Below, one piece after another: positions 62,594 through 64,000 of a DNA stretch of 64,000 nucleotides. The DNA lies in the NCBI RefSeq assembly GCF_018977255.1, contig NW_024704742.1, positions 119,662,001-119,726,000 of the forward strand, given 5' to 3'. The first letter of the stretch is position 1. Every line of letters begins with the position of its first letter. The notes beneath the pieces are model-generated. The model did not search any database. It worked only from the letters and a program-made list of their open reading frames with translations, and was not told the origin of the DNA. Position numbers and translations under genes: made by a program. Source of the DNA: Callorhinchus milii (taxonomy: Eukaryota).

Positions 62594-63399
62594 AATAAAT
62601 ATTATTATTATTAATATTATTAAACACTTCACTTCACTCCAACAGTACAATACAGTATAATACAGTACAAATAATACACTGCACTTGCTTTATTCCAGGT
62701 GGGAAACCACTGGCATGCATAGCATTGTGCCTGTAAGGTGGAGCACATGCTCCCACTTTGCTGCCCTGAAATAGGCAAATATGTACAAACCTTTCTTTAA
62801 GCACTGACATTTCCCGAGATTTCCCTAGAAGCTGATAATAAGTGGTCTAATCTTACAATGTTGAAATGCAATACTTCAGTTTTATGTTGCTGCTTCAGTA
62901 TAGAAACAAAGTGAAAACCAACACCTAGTATTGAACATTTCCCTTAAGGTACACAGTTCATAAATAAATGTGCCAATCCTGGCAGACCACTTGGAGCTAA
63001 CTAACGTTGCATTGCTAACAGTTTTGTTGAAAAATGGAAAAGGAATGAAGACAGGTTCAGCTCCATGAGTTTCTCCTCATAATTTAGTCTTGCAATCAGC
63101 CTTGTCATGCCTGTCCGATCTGTCTCAAAATCTCAATGGCCTTTTGATGGTATGGTACACAAAATTGTACACCATTGATCTGTGAAAGCATGGCATAATT
63201 TATTTTCAATTTTTGTCTCATGTCCTCAAGGTATATTCTAATATTCATCATCTGTGTTGACAATTTCACATTGGCCTGAACGTTTCAGTAAACAATGAGT
63301 AATCGCATCTAAATAATTTTCTTTTCCACTTTGCTAATGGAACCTTCCTTATTGTACACATGTTTCCTGTTTCAACATACTGTTTCTTGTTTCAAGGAC

Positions 63400-64000
63400 T
63401 TGAGCAGAGAACCCAGCAGAGTGAGGAGGGAACAGAGTGAGAATTCTGTTAAGGAATTTGGTAAGAGTGGGAAAGAGGTGCATGATTACAAAATATATGT
63501 TATATTAAAATAATATAACTTATATAAAACATGTTTGAGAATATGGCAGGGCAGCTGAGACCAGTTGCATGCACAATGTGTGCCATGTGGGAACTCCAGG
63601 ATGCTTTGTGTGCCCTGGACAGACATGCATAGGAAGCCTCCGGCTGCTCGAGCTTGAGCTCAGAGTTTTTGAGCTTGAGGAGAGGCTGTGTCACTACATA
63701 GCATATGGGAGGCTGAAGAGTTCATGGATCGAACATTTCAGGAGGTGGTCACTCCACAGCCACAGAGGATTCAGAAGGAGTGTAAGTGGGTGACCACCTT
63801 GCATGGTAGCAAGAGGGGACGGGCAGTGCAGAAATCCCTCGAGTGTGTGGCACTTACAAACTGGTTCTCTGCACTGAATACCGGTCAGGGCGATGACACC
63901 TCTGTGGAGGGGAGTCGAAAGCAAATGGATGCACAGGGGGACACAGGGAAGAGTGTCAATGCAATTGTCATTGGGGACACAATGGTGAAAGGAGTAGACA
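63400..64000 (+). mobile_element. 5' end of a CR1-clade LINE: 5'UTR and decayed ORF1, continuing past the window
   Basis: ATG at 63543 gives MAGQLRPVACTMCAMWE (CxxC); then a zipper-like LLELELRVFELEERL, FMDRTFQEVVTP, LTNWFSAL, and at the edge AIVIGDTMVKGVD (SGNH/GDSL esterase block I, GDS>GDT). Stops and frameshifts are present. Confidence 0.85.

Overview
This is a vertebrate nuclear genomic window, not a prokaryotic one. The repeats (tRNA-headed SINEs with Deu-like central domains, L2 and CR1 LINEs, Penelope-type terminal repeats) point to a cartilaginous fish, most likely a chimaera. That assignment comes from recalled repeat consensi and is unverified. The only well-supported host gene feature is a CpG-island promoter and a 94-codon first coding exon on the minus strand (54695-54414). 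I could not identify its product. Most of 1-54413 is probably its first intron, and possible alternative first exons near 3-4.7 kb are weakly supported. The remainder is mostly transposon debris: many L2 3' fragments, two SINE families sharing a 3' half, CR1 fragments including a 5'UTR/ORF1 at the right edge, a hAT-type MITE, a decayed PIF/Harbinger transposase and an unclassified dispersed repeat. Five observations stand out. (1) An almost perfectly homogeneous 27-bp x ~79 minisatellite lies just inside intron 1. (2) A Penelope-type palindrome carries hammerhead-ribozyme core motifs on both strands. (3) L2 tail insertions of 55-90 bp recur nested inside SINEs. (4) The promoter-adjacent SINE has gained CpGs. 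(5) Closely spaced inverted repeat pairs occur. I found no CRISPR array, operon or intact transposon ORF, and I cannot claim a new biological system from sequence alone. Repeat boundaries are approximate (read by eye).
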